Shown here: in pieces, positions 1-10,128 of the stretch | Numbering within the stretch: the stretch's first letter is position 1 | How the letters are laid out: each line of letters begins with the position of its first letter | Assembly (NCBI RefSeq): GCF_000485595.1 | Contig: NW_014577085.1 | Location: forward strand, 814,557 to 834,556 | Length of the DNA: 20,000 bases | Direction of reading: 5' to 3' | Origin: Priapulus caudatus | Lineage: Eukaryota | Notes under the pieces: model-generated | Seen by the model: the letters and a program-made list of their open reading frames with translations, nothing else | Databases searched by the model: none | Told to the model about the DNA's origin: nothing | Program-made: the position numbers and the translations under genes

Positions 1-3000
1 GGAGTCAAGTCCTTTCTCGTTTCTGCACCTGGCCTGATGATCAACGGATGTGAACGTTTGGCTGTACTGCTAGCGGTCACACTCGAGTCGCATTCTCCAT
101 CTTTTGTATTCTTTGATTTGAGTGAACTAGAAGAACGAGGCCTCTTGGGCCGGCATCTCGGAGACTGGTCTGCCTTACTTTCAGCTTGAGCGCTCTGCTG
201 AAACACTCCCCGGTGCTTAACTTGTGCAGCATCTCGCGAGAAATCCTCGTGTATCGCGTTTGAATTTAATTCAGCGAACAGTTCAATGTCGTAATCTCCA
301 GTCCTAACAACGTCCCGAACAGCAGAAACTAGAACATTACTAGCACACGCACCGAGTCTATTGAATGGACTAGTGGCAGATGCAAGCTGCCGCTGTGAAA
401 GCTGCACCTCGGGGACCTGTGAATGTGGTAGCTCTCGTAGCTTTTGCGAGAAGTCTGTTAATAGAAGTTTAATGTTCATCTTTGATCCATCACTCTCCGT
501 ACGCTTTAGAAGGTGTTCTTGGATACTATCCTGCAGCAGCTGTATGTAATCACGAAGGCAATCAAAATGCCTGACAATAGCATCTGCAATTGCCATTGCT
601 TCAAGATGAAGGTCAGACTTCTCTACTTCTCTGCTACACTCATTAAACGAATGACACTCGGTAGTGTGTTTTCGAGCTGCATCAGATTTGATAGCATTGG
701 AGAGATCATCACTGCCAGGCAATCTCTCTTCACTCTTCTTTTTGGTGGTTTCGAGACAGTGGCTTATTGTGTATTCAGAAGAGACATTATCGTCAACAAT
801 TATTAATTCATCACTAGGTTTTATTTCACTTGCGAACACTTTATTCACCAAATCGTAGCAACTGGTTCTTGAGCAACTATCGTCAGGCAGTCCACAGTCA
901 TTATCTCGAGTTGTGACGAGGCACTTTTCAGGTGTCTGAAAATCGCTTTTCAATGGCTTAACGGCAGAAGAGGCCACTGCTGGTCTAGTAGATGGCTTTC
1001 CAGCAAAACAGCTTGCCAGCGGTCTAGATGCCTTACCAGCAGAAGAACTTGTCGCTGGTCTAGACGGCTTACTCGCAGAGTATATCATTACTGGTCTAGC
1101 TTGCGTACTAGCAGATTGACTCACTACTACAGGTTTAGCTGCAATGGAGACCCTGTTCACAGAAGCACTGCATAGTGCCGATTCAGTCGGGTTTTCAGCA
1201 CTAGGTTTAGGTGGTCGAGTCTTGGACCTTGCCAGGTGTTGCAATGGCTCATTGTAATTGATCTCTGCCGATATTTTTTCGAGGAATCGCTCGTTGATAA
1301 CCCGTTTACCGATGTAAGCCATCACGTTGTTTTTCAAACGATCTGGCAATCGAATTTTTCTCCGGCCCACGCGGGGGAGTTGCGGATCAGGGTCGGCTCC
1401 AGCAGAATCGTCCAGCAAACGTCTTTTCTCGACGTCCTCGAATATATCTCCTCTCGCGCAAACACACTCGAACATGCACTCTACTTTCCCGCAGTGGGAG
1501 CGCGTCCTCCTCCTTCCAGCCTGAATCAAACTGTCGCAGATGCATCCAAACTCGCAGTGAGGGTTCATGTACCCGGTTCCACACTGCGATATGCCGACCG
1601 GTTCGGACGTGTGATCGGGATCGTGGTACACGTCAAGTTCTGGCTGCGGATTAGAGTCCTCGTCGTACTGGTATCCCGGCACTTGTAGTGTGCGCAGAGC
1701 GGACACTGCATCTTTCATTGACACCGTTGGAAATTTCAACTGCAACTTTGGTTTCAGTAACTTTCGCGTAGAAAATGTTGGTGTTGGATTGTCACGACAT
1801 GGCCGATTTTGCTTTGCGTTCGTCTTTTTACCCTGTTCTTCACTCAACAATTCCTCCTTTCTAATAATGTCCATAAGCTCTTTCTTAGTTTTCGGTTTCC
1901 TTTCTTTCTTTTTACATTCAACAGGAGGTTTTCCTGCATCAACGCTCGTGTCTCCTACCCACAAAGGTCCCTCACCAGGTCTTTGCGCTGTGGCACTTCC
2001 TATGCTGTATGACTGCCTCAACTTCTGTAGAAAAGCTACACCTCTTCTAGTAGCTGGCACAGGAGGAAGAGCACTCTTACTTTCCTGTGCTGTTTCTTGT
2101 GCACTCTGCACACTCTCTGTCTTTTTAACTTCTTCAGGCGAATTTTCATCATTCTCACATTCAAGTTTCCTGAAGAGACTGTCTAATGTATCCGACATCT
2201 TCGTTTTACTGCGGGTACCGTGTATTCTTGACGTACCTGGGGTGCTCTTTTGTGTCTCTTTCTGCAAATAGGCTTCCAATAGAGGACTTTCAAATACAGA
2301 ACCAAACGTATGGGAACCATCTATGTTGGGTTTCTGTTGATCGGAAACGGCATTGCCTTGATCAATCTTTGGTGATTTTAACGTCAGTCCTTCGTTAGTG
2401 CTCTGTGTTTCACCCAGCTTGTCAAGCAGTCTTTTGCTACACTCTTCCATCCTCACTTCCTCCTGGGATGGTTCTTCCGTGCTACGGTCGATAATATCAT
2501 CGTCGCTTTTTAATTTCTTCAGCTTAACGATGCATACGGGGCTCAGTGGACCTGCAGGACGTGGAGGCGTCGGGGAGGGTTCATCTATAATAGCACTACT
2601 GTCAAACGTCTTGCGCTTCCAACCCTTGATTTTAGTGATATCACTCGTTTTCGTCGGCGATATGACTTTGCAACCAACGCCTCCAGTTGCGACCGCGCCT
2701 GCATTGTCCTTTCCGTACAGCAGCCTCCGATATTTTCTCGTCTGGTCCTCTATGCGCCGCACCCGTCGTGCGCTCGCAAGCATGAGGCACTTGTGCTTCG
2801 GTCGCCTGTGAGCTCGCTTGCGCGGCGAGCGCTTCCCAAGGTAGACCTTCATCAAATCCTCGGATTTGAACGAGAGGAAAGTCAGGCCGTCGATGACGTC
2901 GATGTCGGGTCTAGTGACGACGTCCGGCCTCACCTGTGACCCGCACTCAGATGACCTGATCGCAGACGCTTCCACCTGTTTCTCGATTGCACGCAGCTCG

Positions 3001-4226
3001 TCCAACAGCCGCACAATGTCGCCGTCCGCTCCCGCCGTTCTTTGCGTCATCGCCGTTACGTTCTGCAGCTCGTTCGAACCAAGATACAACGAAGTTCTCA
3101 TTTCTAAATACGATCGCAGAGGGCTACTAACGAGGTTAGGATATTTACAAGGTATTCTACCCACCGCCATCGCATCAAGACCCGAACTACCCGAGCCGTA
3201 CCCGGTTTTCACGCCGGAAAACCTATTGCGTAGTACAAGTTCAGTGAGCTTTCTAACTTTCGCGGTACTGCGTCTTTTGGGTTTGCTTTTGGTCTCGATT
3301 GGAAATGGACCATCGAGGCAAGGGGTCTCATTGTCGTTGTTGGCTACGTTTGCATCATGCCGACCAGACTCGATCTGTCCTGCACTGTCGGATTCACCGC
3401 ATATGTCCAAGCACATCTTTTCGATTAACTTCAAGTCATTCACCGTCTCATCTGTCTTGTTCTCCTCAGTAGCATTACCCGTTGGCAGAATGCCAATCAA
3501 CGTATCAGCCTTAGTGTCGTCCTCAGAGCAAACCGCTTTAGAGAAGGGTTTTGGAAGAAGAGGAACAGGAGATAGGGATGGGGGTTCTCCATCTTCTACA
3601 TCTCGCTGACCTAGATCCTTAGGTGAGGTTAATGACACTGCTTGGGTTACAGGAGTAGCAGTTTCTGTTGAGACTGCAGGTGGTTGAACACCAAGTTTGT
3701 CAAATACTTCCTGTTCGATCTCAGTGCAACTACCTTTACCCACGACACGTGACTGGAGATAGTTTGTGATGTCCCATGGAATACCGCCTTCATATCTTCG
3801 TATTTGAGCACTGGATGGACTACATACAGCTGATGGTTCTTCAACTCTCGTGCCAGCACTCAAACAAATCGCACAGTCATCAATGCATGAACCGTGTTCA
3901 CTTACAGAACTACCATTAACAGAGCAATTTACGTGTGCACCAACTTTTGTGTCCTTGCACGATGACATGTCTGTAATAATCTCAAATATGTTTCTATGAT
4001 TTAACATATCAGGGAGGCATTCTTCCTTCTTGCTTGCCTTCTCATCATTCTCTAATCCAGGATGCATTTTAGTACGAATGCCCCTGCGATCTAATCTAAC
4101 CACAGCATCAGCATGGAGCTTGATATCATGCAGCTCATTGCCAGCTGTGTAAGTAGTTTTCATAACCGTCTCTAGTAGTCTATTACTCGATCTCCTCTGC
4201 ATGGCTCGTGTCTGTGTGACTTTCAT
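1..4226 (-). CDS. MGA: MGA-like protein (MAX gene-associated / MGA-DUF4801 domain), giant first coding exon; 3'-partial (runs off the window)
   Basis: I checked every codon: there is no stop from ATG 4226 (MKVTQTRAMQRRSS...) to position 3, giving >=1408 aa. A splice acceptor ttcattgtttcAG|GCAGCAATG lies at 4233/4232. Motifs resemble vertebrate MGA as I recall it, in the same order: PDIDVIDGLTFLSFKSEDLMKVYL (2838-2909), KTSDITKIKGWKRK (2610-2651), CGTGYMNPHCEFGCICDSL...HCGKVECMFECVC (1458-1583) and SCSRTSCY (855-878). The ORF track omits it, presumably because its stop lies outside the window. Confidence 0.88.
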   Translation of the reverse strand, partial: MKVTQTRAMQRRSSNRLLETVMKTTYTAGNELHDIKLHADAVVRLDRRGIRTKMHPGLENDEKASKKEECLPDMLNHRNIFEIITDMSSCKDTKVGAHVNCSVNGSSVSEHGSCIDDCAICLSAGTRVEEPSAVCSPSSAQIRRYEGGIPWDITNYLQSRVVGKGSCTEIEQEVFDKLGVQPPAVSTETATPVTQAVSLTSPKDLGQRDVEDGEPPSLSPVPLLPKPFSKAVCSEDDTKADTLIGILPTGNATEENKTDETVNDLKLIEKMCLDICGESDSAGQIESGRHDANVANNDNETPCLDGPFPIETKSKPKRRSTAKVRKLTELVLRNRFSGVKTGYGSGSSGLDAMAVGRIPCKYPNLVSSPLRSYLEMRTSLYLGSNELQNVTAMTQRTAGADGDIVRLLDELRAIEKQVEASAIRSSECGSQVRPDVVTRPDIDVIDGLTFLSFKSEDLMKVYLGKRSPRKRAHRRPKHKCLMLASARRVRRIEDQTRKYRRLLYGKDNAGAVATGGVGCKVISPTKTSDITKIKGWKRKTFDSSAIIDEPSPTPPRPAGPLSPVCIVKLKKLKSDDDIIDRSTEEPSQEEVRMEECSKRLLDKLGETQSTNEGLTLKSPKIDQGNAVSDQQKPNIDGSHTFGSVFESPLLEAYLQKETQKSTPGTSRIHGTRSKTKMSDTLDSLFRKLECENDENSPEEVKKTESVQSAQETAQESKSALPPVPATRRGVAFLQKLRQSYSIGSATAQRPGEGPLWVGDTSVDAGKPPVECKKKERKPKTKKELMDIIRKEELLSEEQGKKTNAKQNRPCRDNPTPTFSTRKLLKPKLQLKFPTVSMKDAVSALRTLQVPGYQYDEDSNPQPELDVYHDPDHTSEPVGISQCGTGYMNPHCEFGCICDSLIQAGRRRTRSHCGKVECMFECVCARGDIFEDVEKRRLLDDSAGADPDPQLPRVGRRKIRLPDRLKNNVMAYIGKRVINERFLEKISAEINYNEPLQHLARSKTRPPKPSAENPTESALCSASVNRVSIAAKPVVVSQSASTQARPVMIYSASKPSRPATSSSAGKASRPLASCFAGKPSTRPAVASSAVKPLKSDFQTPEKCLVTTRDNDCGLPDDSCSRTSCYDLVNKVFASEIKPSDELIIVDDNVSSEYTISHCLETTKKKSEERLPGSDDLSNAIKSDAARKHTTECHSFNECSREVEKSDLHLEAMAIADAIVRHFDCLRDYIQLLQDSIQEHLLKRTESDGSKMNIKLLLTDFSQKLRELPHSQVPEVQLSQRQLASATSPFNRLGACASNVLVSAVRDVVRTGDYDIELFAELNSNAIHEDFSRDAAQVKHRGVFQQSAQAESKADQSPRCRPKRPRSSSSLKSKNTKDGECDSSVTASSTAKRSHPLIIRPGAETRKDLT
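954..1097 (-). repeat. Coding tandem repeat of ~36 nt (12 aa), 4 copies, inside the MGA exon
   Basis: GGTCTAG recurs at 982, 1021, 1057 and 1093 (spacing 39/36/36). Peptide units are RPVMIYSASKPS, RPATSSSAGKAS, RPLASCFAGKPST and RPAVASSAVKP. Confidence 0.8.
1458..1583 (-). other. Cys-rich MGA conserved domain (DUF4801-type) within the MGA CDS
   Basis: The translation CEFGCICDSLIQAGRRRTRSHCGKVECMFECVC fits the CxxGCxCxSL...HCxxxxCMFxCxC pattern of MGA and Drosophila Ocm-type proteins. Confidence 0.85.
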
Positions 4227-4388
4227 TGCTGCCTGAAACAATGAACATTTTATTAAGATATATGCATTATATTTCTCACGTATACACGCTGGCTTTCCAT
4301 AACCATTTAATACTTTACAGTAAATTGAATTTAACCAGTGAATGCACAGTAAAGTGCCATTTTAACCAGTTAGCCACCTCTCTGTAAT

Positions 4389-5310
4389 CAGGGCTCAATT
4401 TTAACAGTCGTCCGTGACGACTGGATTTTCTCTCGGGCAACTACAAATTGCTTCCGTGGTTGTCCGGTGTCCAACCTCTATAAAAATTTTATATTCATAA
4501 CACGCGCGTTCATTTTACATACGGCCAGGGTTGCACAATATGCTGCAAACGTACATGTCTAGACGCATTGTCTGGCTTGCTTGATACAAAGTATAACATC
4601 ACGTGTTTAACAACACAATGTTTCGTGTTAATTTTCAATTTTTACTCATCTTTGACTTGACACAGTGTTAGTAATGTTAATAATAGGCGCGTTCACACAC
4701 AAGAAAAACCGCGCTGCTCAGCCCGCTAATAGCGGAGATAATAGTGAGCTAATTGTGTCGTTGTTCACACAGGCGAATATCTCGCTAATCGCCGCGGTGC
4801 AAATAAGCGCAGTCAGAAGTGGTCTTTGGAGCACGCTATTTGGAGCGCGATTTAGTGAGCTAATTGCGTTCACACTTGTAAAAAGCTCAGTTTTTCGAGC
4901 GGGCTGCAAAAACCGGGTTTTGCAGCCCGCTAATTCGCGCCAGTGTGAACGCACCTAGTGTTAGTAGTGTTAGTTGACTTAATGTAAATGTTATAAAATA
5001 AATTTCATGCAACTTTTAATTACTATTATTATACGTCATTGATCCCAGCATCATTTACCACATTACCAATATTTTATTCTCTTCATATAATAAGTGAAAC
5101 AATGCGAATGGCCATGTCTACTGTCACTGCAATACGTACAAAATGTACATGATTAGGCCTTTTGCTTTACAGCACTGAGCATCACGTGAGCAGAGCGCAT
5201 GCAGCACATGTTTAAATTAATATCCGGACAACCAAAACTCTTGAAGGACAACCATATGCTACTCTCTTGGTTGTCCTCCGGACAACCCAAAACCTTAAAA
5301 TTGAGCACTT
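4389..5310. mobile_element. Non-autonomous hAT-like TIR element
   Basis: Left TIR CAGGGCTCAATTTTAA (4389) pairs with right TTAAAATTGAGCACTT (5295-5310). GGTTGTCC/GGACAACC subterminal motifs occur near both ends. No TSD is recognisable. Confidence 0.65.
4686..4955. mobile_element. MITE (PIF/Harbinger-like termini) nested in the hAT-like element
   Basis: TIRs GGCGCGTTCACAC ... GTGTGAACGCACC with TA on both sides. It has an internal direct repeat tagtgagctaattg..gttcacac and a hairpin agcgggctgcaaaa..ttttgcagcccgct (~4898-4931). It sits in a degenerate (TAGTGT)n tract. Confidence 0.75.
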
Positions 5311-5962
5311 TACTTACTGTATAACAAATCGTCTATACCCACACGTACTTGCTACCAGATACCCAATTTAATTGTTATAATTAATTATACATCAACGCTA
5401 CGAAATTTGAACGGCGCCATTAAAACACCCGCGACCGTGCTGCCACCCGGAAAAAGTTGCGCATTTGCCAATTTAGTTTGCACGTTACAGACCGGGGGCT
5501 AATCACAAAGGTGCAATTATATTTATACCTAAATGCTATTTAACCGAACGATGTTCATTTTAGAACAAATTTATCCATAATATAACTGAAACTATATGTC
5601 GTTTATAAGATATTACAATCCTTTTGCTTTTAAATTAATAAATAAGAAACACCCTCAGTCTGTAGCCCTTGGCTGAGTCGTTTTGCGCAACTTATCAGAT
5701 CGTGCGCTTTGAGTGGCGCCACCGTCGTTGTAATCAAACTGTAGTCCTTAGTTTTAAAACATTTTTTAATAATATTTCTAATGGTGATTGAACCATGAAA
5801 CCTTTTATGTAGCGTAATTTTAACCTAAATTAACTGAAAATAACCCTAGAACCTAGAGTAAACGATCCCTTTAAGGTTATGATATACTATTGAAAAAACA
5901 ATAAACCAATGTCTCATTCATTTTGACAGCCAATTTACCCCTATGTTCATATTAGAAATTAC

Positions 5963-6500
5963 CTATTATGCAATTACATCAGCCTAGTGCTACTATGTAA
6001 TTGTAACAGAGGTATTCGGGAGCGGCGTGAGTCTACTGGCGAACTAAGGCTAGGCGTAGGTGCAGGAAATGGAATAACGCAAACCAACAGAGAAAGACAA
6101 CAACTACGGTCGTAACGTACCACACAGGCGTTTATTCTCAGACATGATCGAACGTCGAACAAGATACAATCGGTACAATCGAAAGTTAGAGACGAGGGAG
6201 AGGAACAAGAGTTAGTCGGGAGGACAGTCAGGTTCTCTCGAGCTCGGCTTGAGCCTCGGCTTTTAAGCCTGTTAGTAATTGGGATTATAAACGCGCAACT
6301 TAGTGACAAGTTTCTCACGGTGCAACTTCAAGCAGGTGTTTCTCCACCATCGCTTCTTCTCCCTTGTCGCACCTAGGTGTCGAGATCCAGAGAGACATGA
6401 TACAAGATTGCGTGGCACAGCTTTGCTGTTGATCCTGAGCGCTGCGCGCAGATGAGACGCGCAGTTCCGCGGGATATGCGCACACGACCGCGAGGATGTC
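5963..6500 (-). other. Putative non-coding first exon (5'UTR) of the MGA-like gene; upstream end approximate
   Basis: A GC/CpG-richer, repeat-free segment ending in a GT donor. Splicing would give ...GCA TAA TAG|GCA GCA ATG, placing in-frame stops just before ATG 4226. Confidence 0.45.
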
Positions 6501-6720
6501 CAAGTATGAAGCGCTGTCCGCAGTGGAGACGTGGGTGACTAACTGACACCACTAAATTGGTGAAATGTTCCATGCACCTTAAGAAATTCTGAGAAATTCC
6601 GAGGTTATCATCACCCAGGTTTTCAGACGGACAAGTCTTAAAAGTGAGGAAATCACGAGCGGTAAATAAAAATTCCCAAGTTACGCCGCCGTCTTCTTTT
6701 GCTGACTCATAGTCGTAGTT
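6330..6720 (-). promoter_or_regulatory. CpG-rich putative promoter of the MGA-like gene
   Basis: High CpG/GCGC density (e.g. gagcgctgcgcgcagatgagacgcgcagttccgcggg) just upstream of the candidate first exon, in otherwise AT-rich DNA. Confidence 0.4.
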
Positions 6721-6722
6721 CA

Positions 6723-7050
6723 CAGGGCTGCCAACATTAGGTGATCGGTGAAAGTGAGATGCGAGGGAGCGAAGCGACCGAGCGGGGGGTGGGCGGTAGG
6801 GAGCTTTTGCATTTTATAACTTCAATTTGTGCAATTTGGTGCATACTAAAGCGACTGTTTTCAGATATTGTAAATTTTTTTTGGCTGTGCATGAGATATT
6901 TCAGCGTTTTATTCATGAAGAGATATTCATGCGTGAGATATCTCAGCATTTTTTTGCTGTGCGTGAGATATTGTAAGATCAGCGTGAGAGCGTGAGATTT
7001 GGTCAAAATGCGTGAGTCTCACGGTCAATGCGTGAGAGTTGGCAGCCCTG
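6723..7050. mobile_element. hAT-like MITE with a 6-bp TSD
   Basis: Perfect 13-bp TIRs CAGGGCTGCCAAC / GTTGGCAGCCCTG. Direct repeat AGTTCA at 6717-6722 and 7051-7056. Multiple GCGTGAGA subterminal repeats at ~6890-7037. Confidence 0.9.
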
Positions 7051-7316
7051 AGTTCATTGGATGAGGCTGTGGACGGTTACGCAATTTTGACAGTGACGTC
7101 ATTCCAACCTCTGTCGTGCAGTGTGCTGTTTTGCTGAAATGTTCAATGAATGACGCACTCGTTCACTTCTGACAGTGAGTGAAAATGCGGAAAATTTCAA
7201 AAAATTCATCAACGAAGGCGGGGCTTATTCTGATTGCGAAAATGCAACAGAAGGATGTAGCGCAGTGCGCTAAACAGCGTGTTATTTTCGTATTTGTGCC
7301 AAACTACGTATCGTAG

Positions 7317-9941
7317 GAAACCGTTCTAGCCTAGCAGAATGCCCTAGTTCCTGAGATCGGCGATTTGGTACCCCAATGGGTCTCCATCTTTAAAAATATC
7401 AGTCTGGTGCGGCGTAGGCTGTGATTGAAAGACACAAAGTGTCAATCCTTGGCGCGCCTCGGCATCATGGCCGCATCACGTCGAGGTTCGTCGCCACTCC
7501 GGGCAGGCTCAGATGTAGCCGCTGTTTATCTGTCATAAACTCTCTTCGCTACATAATCATGCTTGTAAGCAACTAGTTCCATACAGCTATGTGTTTTCTC
7601 TGTGTATTACATATTGCTAAGCTAGGAGCTCAGAAGGACATTTCGAAACCGCAAAACCAACAGCATCGCACTATTACAGTAATTTTTTTCATTTACAAAA
7701 CTCAATTTGTTGGTACAAATGTGAGTGCATCTTGTAAATTGGTCCAAGGTTTCAATAGTCCCAGGAACATTGGATATTGATGGCCGATTTTTGTATATAG
7801 AAGCATTTGAAACTAGTAGCTTTCATTAGTTTTAGCATTGCACATTTTTCTATTCATATTTTTGTTTGTTTTAGGGCATACAAAAGGGCGTAACAATGAT
7901 TACAGGCAAAGGTCAGTCATAAAAGAAATCAATATTTTAAAGAAATGCTTTGCCACCCGAATTTCTATATTGGTTGCCTGTCTTGAATTATTAAGGCCGA
8001 CAAAAAAATTACCCTTGGTTAGGGTCACCCGCCTGACTGAAATAATTATTGTTTTGTTGTAATCAGCCAATAAAATGTGCGAGTAGCGGCGTTTTGGCGA
8101 GTCGGTCGGTAAAACAAGCAATATTTTATCTTAGGCCTTGGCTAGCTGAAACAGGGCTAAGCTTGAAAAGGTAAAGCTTGAAAAGTGAGGAGAGTTGTGA
8201 TCTAAGTGAGTATGTTGCCAAGCGAAGGAATAACAATATTTATAGTAGTATAATGTAATAACACTGAGCCATTATTAGCTATTAGGTTAACAGCAGAACT
8301 AAATGTATTTTCACATTTTATTTTGTAAAAATCAACATCAAAATGTTATTCATGCTCACATAATTTACACTGATCAATGCAATGTCCTACTCAACTACAA
8401 TGATTGACAGGCTGACAGCTAGCCGCTAGCTATAGTGCTGCTATTATAGAAGTATTTAAAAAATTAAAATGTCACTTAGTAACAAAGTGTCACAAAGTTA
8501 ACAATTTAAAGTTAAAGCTGCCAGGGGCGACCCCTGTGTGACAAATCTTCTAAAGTCATTTGTTAGGCATCCGTGTTATTTCCAGGAATCAGACAGATTT
8601 GCCATTATGCAAGTATGCAGCCAGTGTGATGATTTGGAATGTTGTAAGCGCACACTTGCACCAATTTGGAAGATGGGCATAATATAATAACAGCAGCGGC
8701 AGCTCAAACAAGCTGCCGCAACCACATCCCAGAAGGCGCATGTTAAAAAAATACAACAACAAATGTAAGCAACTCTATAACTATCAGTACGAGTCAAAGA
8801 TTGAAATTTAACAAGTGCCGCGGAGCGACAGCGCTCATCTAACGTCTACTGCGGTGACTCTGTGGTGGAGTGGTGGGATTCTAGTAAACCCTGTTAGTCC
8901 CAAATGTGTTCACATACACGCCGAAACAGTGGAATGCATAGGGAGTCAGGGATGGTATCAGGAACCTTCTCAAAGGAATGTTCGTTGGGATCGTTATGTG
9001 TTAGAAATGTGCCTACGAGATGGCGCGTACTTGAAGTGCTTCAAGATTAAAGATGGAAGCTACCATCGTACGTAGTGAGCAAACAACTATTTGCAAGACA
9101 GAATAGTGTAAGCACTCATCCATTTACTGCGCAAGCCTACAGGCTGCAATAGAGAGCTGCCACCTGTAACCAATTAATGCAGGCAAAAACTACACAGTAC
9201 CACCACCACATGCCACTGGCAGTGGCCACTGCAGTGGCATACGTTACATCAGGAGAGATAAGAGGGAAGGAGTGTGACATCAATAAACAAGGGAAATTCG
9301 TGTCATTTACTAGCCTATAATAGCCTACGATTTACTACGCATAATCATCCAACTTGAGCTCAAATCGGACACATTACATTCGCATAGCATCGTGCGAAAT
9401 CGTTTCCTCGTATACAGCCCCAATCCGAGATACGACTAAAACGACGACACGATTCTCCATTCTTGGCACTCAATCCAAATCCATTGCGGCGCCTCTAATT
9501 CAAACAAAAGCAGCTACCTAACCAACAGCTTGCTAACAACACAGCTCACAACACAACACAGCTCTACTAGCAACATCTCGGCAGTGAAATCTTTCTAAGC
9601 AGACAGTAAACAAATCCATGTTTTAAAGCCCTCCTCTTGAGGGTCAAAAGGTTATCCGACACTTACTCTTCACATGTTAGCAGAAGGTACATTTCATGGT
9701 CCTTTCAATAAAGCCATAAAAATGCTAGGTCACCGCTGAAACAAAAAGATTTTCAATCGCTCGTCAGACCATGTCTCAGAAAATGTCTAAAATCTGCCTG
9801 TGCCCATTGACCTTTGACCTGTGACCTCCAATTTCGACACAGTGATGGCTTTTCCTACAGATGCTATATACACCGACTATCACGAGCCTAGGTCGAGCCG
9901 TTTAGATTTGTGCCACAATTCTGCCATTTCCTCCCTATAAC
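7317..9941 (+). repeat. Copy A of a ~2.6-kb duplicated block left of the gap
   Basis: Aligns colinearly to 10129-10850 plus 13894-15808. Differences are mostly single-base indels. Confidence 0.92.
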
Positions 9942-10128
9942 NNNNNNNNNNNNNNNNNNNNNNNNNNNNNNNNNNNNNNNNNNNNNNNNNNNNNNNNNNN
10001 NNNNNNNNNNNNNNNNNNNNNNNNNNNNNNNNNNNNNNNNNNNNNNNNNNNNNNNNNNNNNNNNNNNNNNNNNNNNNNNNNNNNNNNNNNNNNNNNNNNN
10101 NNNNNNNNNNNNNNNNNNNNNNNNNNNN
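9942..10128. other. Assembly gap (187 N)
   Basis: Run of N. Confidence 1.

Larger units (their letters stand above)
4233..5962 (-). other. Putative intron 1 of the MGA-like gene
   Basis: Candidate donor AG|GTAATT at 5963/5962 and a strong acceptor (tttcAG) at 4234-4233. The interval is AT-rich and contains TEs. Confidence 0.5.

Noticed and set aside
361..3859. Plus-strand ORFs (e.g. 2866-3609, 1690-2271, 1236-1688) and short minus-strand ORFs in the track
   Set aside because: They are antisense or off-frame shadows of the long MGA frame and show no independent protein features.
5974..6723. Minus-strand ORFs of 114, 62 and 116 aa as upstream coding exons
   Set aside because: They start at non-ATG codons, have no recognisable domain, and stops precede the candidate donor. 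They are better explained as UTR or promoter sequence.
7400..7510. tRNA or tRNA-derived SINE (GGTTCG-like motif)
   Set aside because: No convincing A box, B box or cloverleaf stems.
8576..9075. ORFs in the duplicated block (also 14288-14984) as a gene
   Set aside because: The frames are not preserved between the two copies and there is no recognisable domain. Indel errors could hide an exon, but I cannot support one.
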